Positions 1-7,919 of a DNA stretch of 38,666 nucleotides are shown here, in pieces. The stretch covers positions 1 to 38,666 of the forward strand of contig CALERM010000103.1 in the NCBI GenBank assembly GCA_937907715.1, given 5' to 3'. This DNA is from an uncultured Clostridia bacterium. GTDB taxonomy: Bacteria; Bacillota; Clostridia; Oscillospirales; Oscillospiraceae. Within the stretch, counting starts at the first letter, position 1, and every line of letters begins with the position of its first letter. A program made the position numbers and the translations under genes. Under the pieces are notes generated by a model. That model did no database searches and was not told the origin of the DNA. It was given only the letters and a program-made list of their open reading frames with translations.

Positions 1-436
1 CCGCCATAAAATGCTCCGGATGAGCAGAAAGTCCGACGCGCTCATCCATCTGCATTTCCTTGAGCACGCCCAAATAATCCTGCATTGTCATGCCCTCCAC
101 CTGCATGATGCATTCGGAAACCTTCATCGGCTTATCCAGTGCGAAACCCAGCTGTTTCCACATAATATCGGCTTTTTCCAATGATTTTCCGTATTTTTCG
201 ACGATTTCCTTGCCGGAATAGCGGCTTCGCGTGTCAATCGAAATGCGCCATGCGTCCTGCATGGAAAGATAATCAATCGCATCATCATCCAGTTCGGTTT
301 CGCCGTCTAAAATGGCAATGCCATGCCGTTTCATCTGATGCAAAATATGCAAATTTCGCTCATACTCCAAACGCTCCAGCTGTGCGCCGCTCCAAGTCTG
401 ACCATTTAATGTAAATACACAGGTAATGTCTGCCAT
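1..436 (-). CDS. hypothetical protein, partial (runs off left edge), divergent from TetR gene
   Basis: Manual translation MADITCVFTLNGQTWSGAQLERLEYERNLHILHQMKRHG...GLSAHPEHFMA is open to the window edge. AAGGAG RBS at 444-449 (- strand). Alternative ATGs at 439/442. Absent from the ORF track because there is no stop in the window. Confidence 0.75.
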   Translation of the reverse strand, partial: MADITCVFTLNGQTWSGAQLERLEYERNLHILHQMKRHGIAILDGETELDDDAIDYLSMQDAWRISIDTRSRYSGKEIVEKYGKSLEKADIMWKQLGFALDKPMKVSECIMQVEGMTMQDYLGVLKEMQMDERVGLSAHPEHFMA

Positions 437-524
437 CATCATGCTCCTTTTCTTTTCCGACATCATGTTGTATGATTAGAATACAAGAATTCCAAAGAGA
501 TTACCACAACACAGGAGGCTGCAA

Positions 525-1061
525 ATGTCGGAATTACAAAAAAAGTCCTCTGCCCGCAGCGCACAAACCAAGCGAGCACTCAAAGAGGCGTTCTGTCGAT
601 TGTATCTGAAGCAACCCATCAACAAGATTGCCATCACGGAATTATGCCGCATCGCCGGATACAATCGAAGTACATTTTATCAGTATTATCTGGATTTAGA
701 TGATATTTTACTGGAAATTGAGACGGAAACGCTGACGTACATCGCCACCCATCGCAAAACCGTGCACACATCCGATTCCAATTTTATTTCCGAGCTAATG
801 GAGCTGTACGAACAGCAAAAGGTCTATATGGATGCCATGCTCGGCCCGCACAGCACGCCGCGGTTTCTCGACAATCTATTGCAGTTCGCCGTGCAGGGCA
901 ATTCGGATTTTGATTTGCGCCCGGATGATCCGTACTTTCCCTATCTGGTGGAATTTCGCTATCAGGGCGCCCTGTCTATCTTCCGGCTGTGGCTGCGCAG
1001 AAAGCGTGACCTGCCGTTTGCCGACCTGCTCGCCTTTATCCAGAAACGGTATCAGATATAA
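525..1061 (+). CDS. TetR/AcrR family transcriptional regulator
   Basis: N-terminal TetR HTH (TKRALKEAF...IAITELCRIAGYNRSTFYQYY); AGGAGG RBS upstream. Confidence 0.9.
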   Translation: MSELQKKSSARSAQTKRALKEAFCRLYLKQPINKIAITELCRIAGYNRSTFYQYYLDLDDILLEIETETLTYIATHRKTVHTSDSNFISELMELYEQQKVYMDAMLGPHSTPRFLDNLLQFAVQGNSDFDLRPDDPYFPYLVEFRYQGALSIFRLWLRRKRDLPFADLLAFIQKRYQI

Positions 1062-1097
1062 AACCATCTATTTTTGAAATCATGAGCAAGCACACAA

Positions 1098-1133
1098 ACA
1101 AAACCTCAGAGGTTGCAGCCTCTGAGGTTTTGT
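1098..1133. terminator. bidirectional intrinsic terminator between convergent tetR and parB
   Basis: Stem ACAAAACCTCAGAGG / CCTCTGAGGTTTTGT. Confidence 0.8.
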
Positions 1134-1189
1134 CTTGCATACATGCGCGTTTTTTCTCTTGTATCAGCAGGAACTTTCGCAATGATAGC

Positions 1190-2212
1190 TCACAGCTCCC
1201 CATACTTTTCCTTATACCGCTTCAGTTCCTCCATCGCCTTGACGAGATATTCTGAAGCGGCCTTCTGGTCTCCCCACAGCTGTTCCGGAATGACTTTCTG
1301 CAATGCCTTTTTGGTCGGCGCTTTGAACACGGTCTTTGGCTTCGTATCTGCAAACAGAAACGCGACGTCCTCTCGCGTCAAAACGTTGCTCTCCGGATCT
1401 TCCGCCGCCGCGACGCGCGTGTCATAGGTCTCTTTGAGGGCGCGCAGGGCGGCCGTGGTCAGCTTTTTCTTGCAATAGCTGGACAGCTCTTCCGGCTCGC
1501 TCGCCTGTCGGAGCAGTTCTATCAACCCGCGCTGGGTCGCCTTGTTCATGCGCGTCAGCGTCTGCGATGCCGCGGACACAGGGATACTTCCGCTGTCTGC
1601 CAGCGCGATAATTTCAGGAATGGCAATCGCCGGGATAAACTGTCGGGCACACTTGATAAAGGACGGCGAGGTCTGGTTCTGTTCTGCCAGCTGTGTGAGT
1701 GTGTCCTTTCCTTCCTTTGCCGTCTTTCCCTGATGCTTCTCCGCTTGGAACTGCATCTCAAACGCCATGCCCAATTCCGAGATCAATAATTGGTCTCTGC
1801 GGTGTACATTGGTCAAAACATAGGTCAAATCGCCCAGTGCAAAGGTGTTGGCCTTTACAGCCTGTAAATCCAAAATTGTGGCATTTAACGTGCTGCGCTC
1901 GGGATGTTTTTGCTGTACCAACCGTGCTGCGCGCGTGCGCTGCTTGCCGGACAACACCTCATACATGCCCGGCTGCTGTTCGGACGGGAACACAATGATG
2001 TTCTCTACCTGTCCGTCCCGCTCCAGGCTGTTCGCCAGCTGCTCCAGCTTGTCCTGCGAGTAATCACGGAAAATCGGATTGCCGTTCACATTCTCTCGAT
2101 GATACGGAATCAGCTTGTCCAGCGGAATCGAGTGGGTCGAACGGTTGCGCTGATCCTGAATGCGCTGGGCTGTGCCGCCTGTCGGAATAATCGGTTTGCC
2201 GCCTCGTGCCAT
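1190..2212 (-). CDS. parB: ParB/RepB/Spo0J family partition protein
   Basis: IPLDKL, LEQLANSLERDGQVENIIV, YEVLSGKQRTRAA (GxxRxxA CTP-binding patch), TNVHRRD; directly downstream of parA. Confidence 0.85.
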   Translation of the reverse strand: MARGGKPIIPTGGTAQRIQDQRNRSTHSIPLDKLIPYHRENVNGNPIFRDYSQDKLEQLANSLERDGQVENIIVFPSEQQPGMYEVLSGKQRTRAARLVQQKHPERSTLNATILDLQAVKANTFALGDLTYVLTNVHRRDQLLISELGMAFEMQFQAEKHQGKTAKEGKDTLTQLAEQNQTSPSFIKCARQFIPAIAIPEIIALADSGSIPVSAASQTLTRMNKATQRGLIELLRQASEPEELSSYCKKKLTTAALRALKETYDTRVAAAEDPESNVLTREDVAFLFADTKPKTVFKAPTKKALQKVIPEQLWGDQKAASEYLVKAMEELKRYKEKYGEL

Positions 2213-2213
2213 G

Positions 2214-2987
2214 TCACTTCACCGCCTTTACAAGCGCATCGACAAAGGCCTCATAATCCTTGAGCGCATTGTTCTTGCGATGCATCTGGAATACATTGGT
2301 GTGCATGGCTTCCGATTCACCAAACAATCCTTCTGCCAAGCGAATCCATTCCGGGAACACCTGACAGCCCATCTGCTGGGCGATGGTCTCCAATTCTCCG
2401 GCAATCGCCTTGCAGGCGCGCACGCGCTTGCTGGACATGGTAATCAAGAAGCCCAAGATGCGCAGATCCGGATTGGTGTTCTGCACATAGTACACCGTGT
2501 CAAAAAACGTCGGGATGCCGCGGATGCTCTGCGCGGTCGCCTTGGTCGGAATGACGATATAATCCGTCGCTTCCAAAGCTGCCGTTTGCAGCCAGCCGAG
2601 ATTTGGCGGCGTGTCAATCAAAATAAAGTCGTACTGTGCGCGCACCTCATCCACAATCTCCTTGATGGCAGACGTGCCGACGCCCAGCCGATCCATATCA
2701 TAGAGCAAAAAGGAAGCGGTAATCAAATCGCCGGACGTGGTATGTACGATGCTGTCCGGCACACTGAGATTCTCATCCATGATGAGATGATACAGCGAAG
2801 CCTCTCTTCCCTCTTCCTGCTGTTCAAAGTCAGGAACCATATACGAAGACGCAGTGGCCTGCGGGTCGGTATCAATCACCAGCACCGAATAGCCGCGGCT
2901 CAGCAGGCATCCGGCCGTTGCGACAACCGACGTCGATTTGCCCACGCCGCCCTTCTGATTGGAAAACGCAATGACAGAACAGCTCAT
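2214..2987 (-). CDS. parA: ParA family partition ATPase
   Basis: Deviant Walker A NQKGGVGKST, VIDTDPQ, FILIDTPP; 257 aa with no N-terminal HTH. Confidence 0.93.
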   Translation of the reverse strand: MSCSVIAFSNQKGGVGKSTSVVATAGCLLSRGYSVLVIDTDPQATASSYMVPDFEQQEEGREASLYHLIMDENLSVPDSIVHTTSGDLITASFLLYDMDRLGVGTSAIKEIVDEVRAQYDFILIDTPPNLGWLQTAALEATDYIVIPTKATAQSIRGIPTFFDTVYYVQNTNPDLRILGFLITMSSKRVRACKAIAGELETIAQQMGCQVFPEWIRLAEGLFGESEAMHTNVFQMHRKNNALKDYEAFVDALVKAVK

Positions 2988-3145
2988 CTTCCCACTTCCT
3001 TTTCTTCTATCGCGTCCATGCGCTCTTTCACGATCATACGAATGTAGCTCGCAACAGGTAAGCCCTTTTTCTCGGCTTCCCGTTCGATTTTGCTATATAA
3101 TTCAACCGGCCAGCGGACGGTCGTCAGCTTTGTATTGCCTGCCAT
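2984..3145 (-). CDS. small ribbon-helix-helix (CopG/Arc-like) DNA-binding protein, 53 aa
   Basis: MAGNTKLTTVRWPVELYSKIEREAEKKGLPVASYIRMIVKE has the RHH pattern. AGAGGTGA RBS before ATG 3145; stop overlaps the parA start. Confidence 0.8.
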   Translation of the reverse strand: MAGNTKLTTVRWPVELYSKIEREAEKKGLPVASYIRMIVKERMDAIEEKEVGR

Positions 3146-3168
3146 AAAAATCACCTCTTTATGCATCT

Positions 3169-3198
3169 ATTATATGCTGTTTGTCATCTATCCGTCAA
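3169..3198 (-). promoter_or_regulatory. sigma-A promoter for RHH-parA-parB
   Basis: TTGACG-18 bp-TATAAT on - strand; two ATAGATG direct repeats 21 bp apart overlap it (possible RHH operator). Confidence 0.7.
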
Positions 3199-3265
3199 GC
3201 AATACATGCAAAAAGATTTCAATGAAATTCAAAAGCATTCGTCACAGGGTGACATTCGTCGTGTC

Positions 3266-3400
3266 TATTTCCGTAATTTCGAAAATGGATATTACGGAAA
3301 TCGAAATTACGAAACCAGATACATATATAATATGATTTAGATATAAGACTCAGAGATATAATATTATTACTTACAAGAGATAGAGCATAGCTAGCTAAAA
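3266..3400. other. candidate replication origin (15-bp periodic iteron-like repeats plus AT-rich tract)
   Basis: TATTTCCGTAATTTC / GAAAATGGATATTAC / GGAAATCGAAATTAC / GAAACCAGATACATA in 15-bp register, IR ATTTCCGTAAT...ATTACGGAAAT, then an AT-rich run; lies between par and rep. Confidence 0.5.
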
Positions 3401-3405
3401 AAATC

Positions 3406-3434
3406 TTGACAAGTTATCAGACATCCGCTATAAT
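3406..3434 (+). promoter_or_regulatory. consensus sigma-A promoter for rep
   Basis: TTGACA-17 bp-TATAAT, perfect consensus. Confidence 0.85.
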
Positions 3435-3667
3435 GACAATACATAGTTATATTTGAATATTCTTTTTTTTCTTTTCTTGTTTTCTTATTTTCTTATTTTT
3501 TATCTTCTGCGCAATCAGTGCGTCTGCAAAAGCATACAGGACATATCGTATACATCATGTCCCCCTGATAGAAATGTATCCTTTTTGTATTGTAAGATTG
3601 TATGGAAGTGTTGTTGAAGAGTAACAGCACTTTTTTTGTGCAGAGATTACGATACGGAGGTGCCATC

Positions 3668-4642
3668 ATGGGTGTAGCAGTCAATTTAACTATCAATCGA
3701 ACAGAATATCAAACCGGTTTTACCAAGGTTCCGAACAGCCTGATTCATTCGCAAAAGATTTCTATGAAGGCGAAAATGCTGATGACCTACTTGATTGGTC
3801 AGCGCGACAGCTCGTTTACGCCTGTTTCGGAAAATGACCGGTGGACGATGACATTAAAAGGCCTGTCTCATGTGTTCAAAGAATCTATCGGCTGCATCAA
3901 GCGCTGCATGGATGAGCTCATGCGAGAGGGCTTTGTTGTACGTGTAGACGTGTTAAGCAAGCGAAATTTGCGCATTCGCAGCGAATATGTGGTCTTTGAG
4001 GAGCCAATTGCGAATACTGACGGCAAACCGCGCCGCATTCGGGAAGAAGAATTAAATAAGGGCGTAACCCTGCTGTCTGTCGCCAATCCGAACGGCGAGT
4101 TGTCTGCTGCACAGAGCAAAGAGCTGGAAAAAGACGCTTGCAGAGAAGTTGTCAAGGATATGATTGAAGAGGATACACTCAGTGAAGATTTCTCTCCGGA
4201 AGAGGCAGAAGAAGTGACAGATGCCATCTGTGATGCGATCTGCGACGACAAGACGATTTATATTGACGGAGCTTCCGTCACGCCGGAAGCGTGCAAGGAA
4301 GCCCTGTTTAGGCTGTCCCGTTGGGATGTCGAAAAGATTTTGGATACGGTACGACTGCGAAAAGACATCCGAAATCGCAAGCATTATGTTCTCGCCATGC
4401 TGTATCGAGCTGGCGTACATAAAAATTTCCCGACCGGAGAACGGTATACAGCCATGGATGAGATGCAGCTGCTGCTCGCTGCCGTGCGCCGTGGAGAACT
4501 GATAGACTGGTGGAACGATACCTTTGAACAACTGACGTCGCTGACCAAGTATTTGGCGCAGGCGTATATTTATCATGCGTATATGCATGACGAAACGTTG
4601 CTGCGCAGCATAGGACAACAGCTGAAAGGATTCGATTTCTGA
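3668..4642 (+). CDS. putative replication initiator (N-terminal HTH of phage/ICE replisome-organizer type + DUF6017-like C-terminal domain)
   Basis: FTKVPNSLIHSQKISMKAKMLMTYL...TLKGLSHVFKESIGCIKRCMDELMREGFV...EYVVFEEP; C-terminal VVKDMIEEDTL...KTIYIDG...DIRNRKHYVLAMLY. GGAGG RBS at 3656-3660 favours ATG 3668. Divergent from parAB. Confidence 0.75.
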   Translation: MGVAVNLTINRTEYQTGFTKVPNSLIHSQKISMKAKMLMTYLIGQRDSSFTPVSENDRWTMTLKGLSHVFKESIGCIKRCMDELMREGFVVRVDVLSKRNLRIRSEYVVFEEPIANTDGKPRRIREEELNKGVTLLSVANPNGELSAAQSKELEKDACREVVKDMIEEDTLSEDFSPEEAEEVTDAICDAICDDKTIYIDGASVTPEACKEALFRLSRWDVEKILDTVRLRKDIRNRKHYVLAMLYRAGVHKNFPTGERYTAMDEMQLLLAAVRRGELIDWWNDTFEQLTSLTKYLAQAYIYHAYMHDETLLRSIGQQLKGFDF

Positions 4643-4697
4643 GGGGGATACTATACCCATTTGGCTGTGTAACATAAAATGATTTTGCTGAATATAA

Positions 4698-4746
4698 CAA
4701 GAACCCACACGAGGTATACTAGGTATACTTCTCGTGTGGGTTCTTG
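4698..4746. terminator. long hairpin, probable bidirectional terminator after rep
   Basis: CAAGAACCCACACGAG / CTCGTGTGGGTTCTTG 16-bp perfect stem. Confidence 0.75.
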
Positions 4747-4753
4747 CGCTTTT

Positions 4754-4778
4754 ACTTCCGTTAATCATTAACGGAAGT
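4754..4778. repeat. solo copy of 25-bp palindrome (parS/iteron-like)
   Basis: ACTTCCGTTAA-TCA-TTAACGGAAGT perfect 11-3-11 IR. Confidence 0.9.
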
Positions 4779-4886
4779 GTATCGACAAGTTTCGAGACAA
4801 AGCAAAACACGCTATACAAGACACAATCGTCAAAAGTCTTGCACAGCGTGTTCCGCGTTTCTTATTTCTTTTTATCTTCTTCGAGT

Positions 4887-4915
4887 ATTATACAATGGAT
4901 TTCTGAAAAAAGCAA
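4887..4915 (-). promoter_or_regulatory. sigma-A promoter pointing left toward the rep 3' end
   Basis: TTGCTT-17 bp-TATAAT on - strand with AT-rich UP-like tract at ~4919-4945. Confidence 0.7.
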
Positions 4916-4990
4916 GCATTTTTTTTAATTAAATAAAAAAAATTTTCGACAGCACGCGACACAATAAAAGGCTGCTGTTTTTTCTGCCCT

Positions 4991-5522
4991 GCTTTCGTTA
5001 ATCGTTAACGGAAGTGAGAGTTCGCGCGTCTGCCCTGCCGGTACGGACTTTCGTTAATTGTTAACGGAAGTGAGGGTTCGCGTGTCTGCCCTACCGGTGC
5101 GGACTTTCGTTAATTGTTAACGGAAGTGGAAGTTCCCGCGTCTTCCCTTTCGGTGCGGACTTTCGTTAATTGTTAACGGAAGTGGAAGTTCCCGCGTCTT
5201 CCCTTTCGGTACGGACTTTCGTTAATTGTTAACGGAAGTGGAGAGTTAACGCGTCTGCCCTACCGGTGCGGACTTTCGTTAATTGTTAACGGAAGTGGAG
5301 AGTTCGCGCGTCTTCACTACCGGCACGGACTTTCGTTAATTGTTAACGGAAGTGGAGATTCGCGCTTCTGCCCTACCGGTGCGGACTTTCGTTAATTGTT
5401 AACGGAAGTGGAAGTTTCCGCATTTGCCCTACCGGTACGGACTTTCGTTAATTGTTAACGGAAGTGGAGAGTTAACGCGTCTGCCCTACCAGTGCGGACT
5501 TTCGTTAATCGTTAACGGAAGT
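4991..5522. repeat. tandem array of 10 palindromic cores, 56-57 bp period (candidate parS centromere or iteron array)
   Basis: Core ACTTTCGTTAAT(T/C)GTTAACGGAAGT starts at 4991, 5047, 5103, 5159, 5215, 5272, 5329, 5385, 5441, 5498; the 31-32 bp linkers are homologous but diverged. Confidence 0.95.
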
Positions 5523-5639
5523 TAGGCATTGCCGAAATCGCCGCTGCATTGGAACGGGGAGAGGTGGCAGAGCCGCATGAGGACGACGTGTCCGCGATTC
5601 ACATGGCGAGAAAAAATTTCACTGATTTATCAGATATGA

Positions 5640-6011
5640 TATAATCAAAGCAAGAAGAAGCTGTGCATTCATGAGCAGGATGAAGCGCATTATTTTTCCG
5701 CCGAGCTGTGGGGGACACTAGAGCGCACGCCGAAGGACAGCATCATTGTATTTTATTCCACCGAATATGATGAACACAGCGAGATCACCGATGTCGATTT
5801 CAATTTTGTCGCGCGGGGCGAGTTTGAGAAAACCTATGATGTAGTGGAAAGATCATCAGAGGAATCCCTTACAGTCAAAAAACTCCAGCCGTTCACACGC
5901 AGGAACCGCTGGAGTTTTCCGTTTCGCAAGTTTAGGAGGAAAATGGTATGTATGACGTTCATACAGATGCAAAAGTATTGTGGGAGTATCATCATCTCCA
6001 TCAGCCCTTGA
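5640..6011 (+). pseudogene. start-less gene fragment
   Basis: Open frame ...HEQDEAHYFSAELWGTLERTPKDSIIVFYSTEYDEHSEITDVDFNFVARGEFEKTYDVV... reads like protein but has no usable start codon or RBS (in-frame TGA at 5637). Confidence 0.4.
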
Positions 6012-6607
6012 AAAAGGCAGATGCTATTCTTGGTTTTGGCAGTCATGATCTGCATGTTGCCGAACGAGCAGCCGAGTTATATCTTGCCGGATATGGGAAA
6101 TACATTATTTTTACTGGTGGCTTAGGGCGTATTACAAAAAATATTTGGAGGAAGCCAGAAGCGATGGAATTTGCTGAAGTGGCAGTAAAAAGAGGCGTTC
6201 CTCGGGAGAAAATCTTTACCGAATCGGCATCGACAAATACCGGAGAAAATATCCGCCATACGAAGCTTTTGCTAAAGCAAAAACAGCTGTCGTTTTCCGA
6301 CTATCTGGTTGTAGATAAGCCGTTTAAGGAACGGAGAATCTATGCAACGCTCAAGAAACAATGGAGCGACTTGGATTTTCGCGTAACCTCTCCACAGAAT
6401 ACCTATGAGGAATATTACCGGTATTATCAGCAATCGGAGCAACTGCATGTCGAGGATTTTCTCAATATTCTGGTCGGTGATTTGCAGCGTATTAACCTTT
6501 ATGGGCGGAATGGATTTCAGATTCCGCAGGAGATTCCATCTGATGTATGGGCAGCATATCGGAGACTGGTAGACGCTGGATTTGACAAGCAGCTCATACC
6601 GGAGTGA
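5948..6607 (+). CDS. YdcF/DUF218 (SanA/ElyC-like) family protein
   Basis: ADAILGFGS, IIFTGGLG, ESASTNTGENI motifs; AGGAGG RBS. Confidence 0.88.
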   Translation: MYDVHTDAKVLWEYHHLHQPLKKADAILGFGSHDLHVAERAAELYLAGYGKYIIFTGGLGRITKNIWRKPEAMEFAEVAVKRGVPREKIFTESASTNTGENIRHTKLLLKQKQLSFSDYLVVDKPFKERRIYATLKKQWSDLDFRVTSPQNTYEEYYRYYQQSEQLHVEDFLNILVGDLQRINLYGRNGFQIPQEIPSDVWAAYRRLVDAGFDKQLIPE

Positions 6608-6629
6608 AGCAATACCGAACATTCTTTTT

Positions 6630-6656
6630 AACTTCCGTTAATCGTTAACGGAAGTT
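6630..6656. repeat. solo copy of the array palindrome, followed by a T-tract (may double as terminator)
   Basis: AACTTCCGTTAA-TCG-TTAACGGAAGTT then TTGTTTTTTT. Confidence 0.9.
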
Positions 6657-6728
6657 TTGTTTTTTTCTTTCAAAAAAACTTGAAACTTTCTCTTGTATAA
6701 TAGATGGGTTATCTGAGAGAAAGGGCGT

Positions 6729-7583
6729 GTGATGATGCGGCTATTGACAGAGCAGCAGCTAAAAGCATTTGAAAAAAGCCTTGTTCTAGAGGAGAAGAGC
6801 AAGGCGACGATAGAAAAATATATGCGCGATGTCCGCGCGTTTTATGCGTTTGTGTCCGGTCAAGAGGTGGAGAAACGGCAAATACTTGCATACAAACAGC
6901 ATATACTCGCGCAACAATACGCGGCGAGAACTGTGAACTCTATGCTGTGCAGTGTGAATCGGCTGCTGCGCTTTTTGGGGTGGAATGATTGTGTGGTGAA
7001 GGGCTTGCGGATCCAGCGGCAAGTCTATCAATCGGAACAAAAGGAGCTGACCAAAACCGAGTTTCAGAGATTATTACAGGCGGCAGCGCGCAAGCCACGG
7101 CTGCAAATGCTGTTGAAAACGATGGGATGGACAGGCATTCGTGTTTCAGAACTACAGTATTTTACGGTAGAGCGTGTAAGGACGGGAAGGATTTCCATTT
7201 CCTGCAAAGGAAAAATTCGGACAATTTTGCTTCCAAAGGTGTTGCGGAGAAACCTATTAAAGTATTGCGAGAAACGCAACATTGATACAGGGATTATTTT
7301 CCGCACGCGCAGCGGAAAGCCACTGGATCGGAGCAACATTTGGGCAGCGATGAAAAAATTATGTGCGGCGGCGAACGTGTCGAAAGAAAAAGTGTTTCCG
7401 CACAATATAAGAAAATTATTTGCCAGAACATTTTATTTTATGGCGAAGGATATTGCGCGTCTAGCTGACATATTGGGACATAATAGCATCGAAACAACAC
7501 GAATTTATATCATGACGACAGAAAAAGAAAATCAAAAGTTTTTAGACGAGATGGATCGCCTGCTTTTTCCATCGGGCGGATAG
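6729..7583 (+). CDS. tyrosine-type site-specific recombinase (Xer/integrase family)
   Basis: TGIRVSEL (R), CKGK (K), FPHNIRKLFA (HxxR), LGH, TTRIY (Y); N-terminal SAM-like domain. Confidence 0.95.
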   Translation: MMMRLLTEQQLKAFEKSLVLEEKSKATIEKYMRDVRAFYAFVSGQEVEKRQILAYKQHILAQQYAARTVNSMLCSVNRLLRFLGWNDCVVKGLRIQRQVYQSEQKELTKTEFQRLLQAAARKPRLQMLLKTMGWTGIRVSELQYFTVERVRTGRISISCKGKIRTILLPKVLRRNLLKYCEKRNIDTGIIFRTRSGKPLDRSNIWAAMKKLCAAANVSKEKVFPHNIRKLFARTFYFMAKDIARLADILGHNSIETTRIYIMTTEKENQKFLDEMDRLLFPSGG

Positions 7584-7633
7584 ACAGAAAATCAGAGGGC
7601 GTGCTGGGAAAAACAAAGCAGGACAAATATAGA

Positions 7634-7661
7634 TAACTGCATAATTTGGATTATGTGGTTA
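7634..7661 (+). other. left dif-like recombination site
   Basis: TAACTGCATAA-TTTGGA-TTATGTGGTTA, 11-6-11 architecture like dif (CATAA-N6-TTATG). Confidence 0.85.
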
Positions 7662-7743
7662 ATGATCTGACATAAGAGAAATTTGACACACAGCGTATCT
7701 GTTAAAGATATATTACAAATATTTAAATAGCTCCAATACGACC

Positions 7744-7772
7744 ATGATAGCACAGCATATTATGTAAAGCAA
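7744..7772 (-). promoter_or_regulatory. sigma-A promoter inside the invertible segment, currently pointing left
   Basis: TTGCTT-17 bp-TATCAT with extended -10 TG on - strand. Confidence 0.7.
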
Positions 7773-7919
7773 GGAGCTTTTTTCGTATTTTTGGATGCAT
7801 TTTGGGTGATTTACTCAAAGTTTGTTTTTGCTAATACAGTGACAGGATAAGGGGATTGCTATCTATCAATTTTTTCAAAAAATGCATATGTATTTCTATT
7901 TTATCTGGCTGTTAAAAAA

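Larger units (their letters stand above)
4690..4880 (-). ncRNA. putative structured small RNA convergent with rep
   Basis: Own promoter (4887-4915); 21-bp stem 4802-4856 that pairs fully only on the - strand (4 G-U); palindrome 4754-4778; terminal hairpin 4698-4746; no RBS-led ORF. Confidence 0.55.

Noticed and set aside
2160..3047. 295-aa plus-strand ORF
   Set aside because: Antisense shadow of parA
4991..5522. CRISPR array
   Set aside because: Repeat and spacer sizes look CRISPR-like, but the spacers are all homologous to each other (two differ by one base) and there are no cas genes in the window
7634..7661. chromosomal dif site
   Set aside because: Occurs as an inverted pair beside its own recombinase and next to an origin-like region; arms are near-symmetric, unlike a XerC/XerD heterotypic site
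7683..7714. rightward TTGACA promoter inside the inverton
   Set aside because: No acceptable -10 at 16-18 bp spacing
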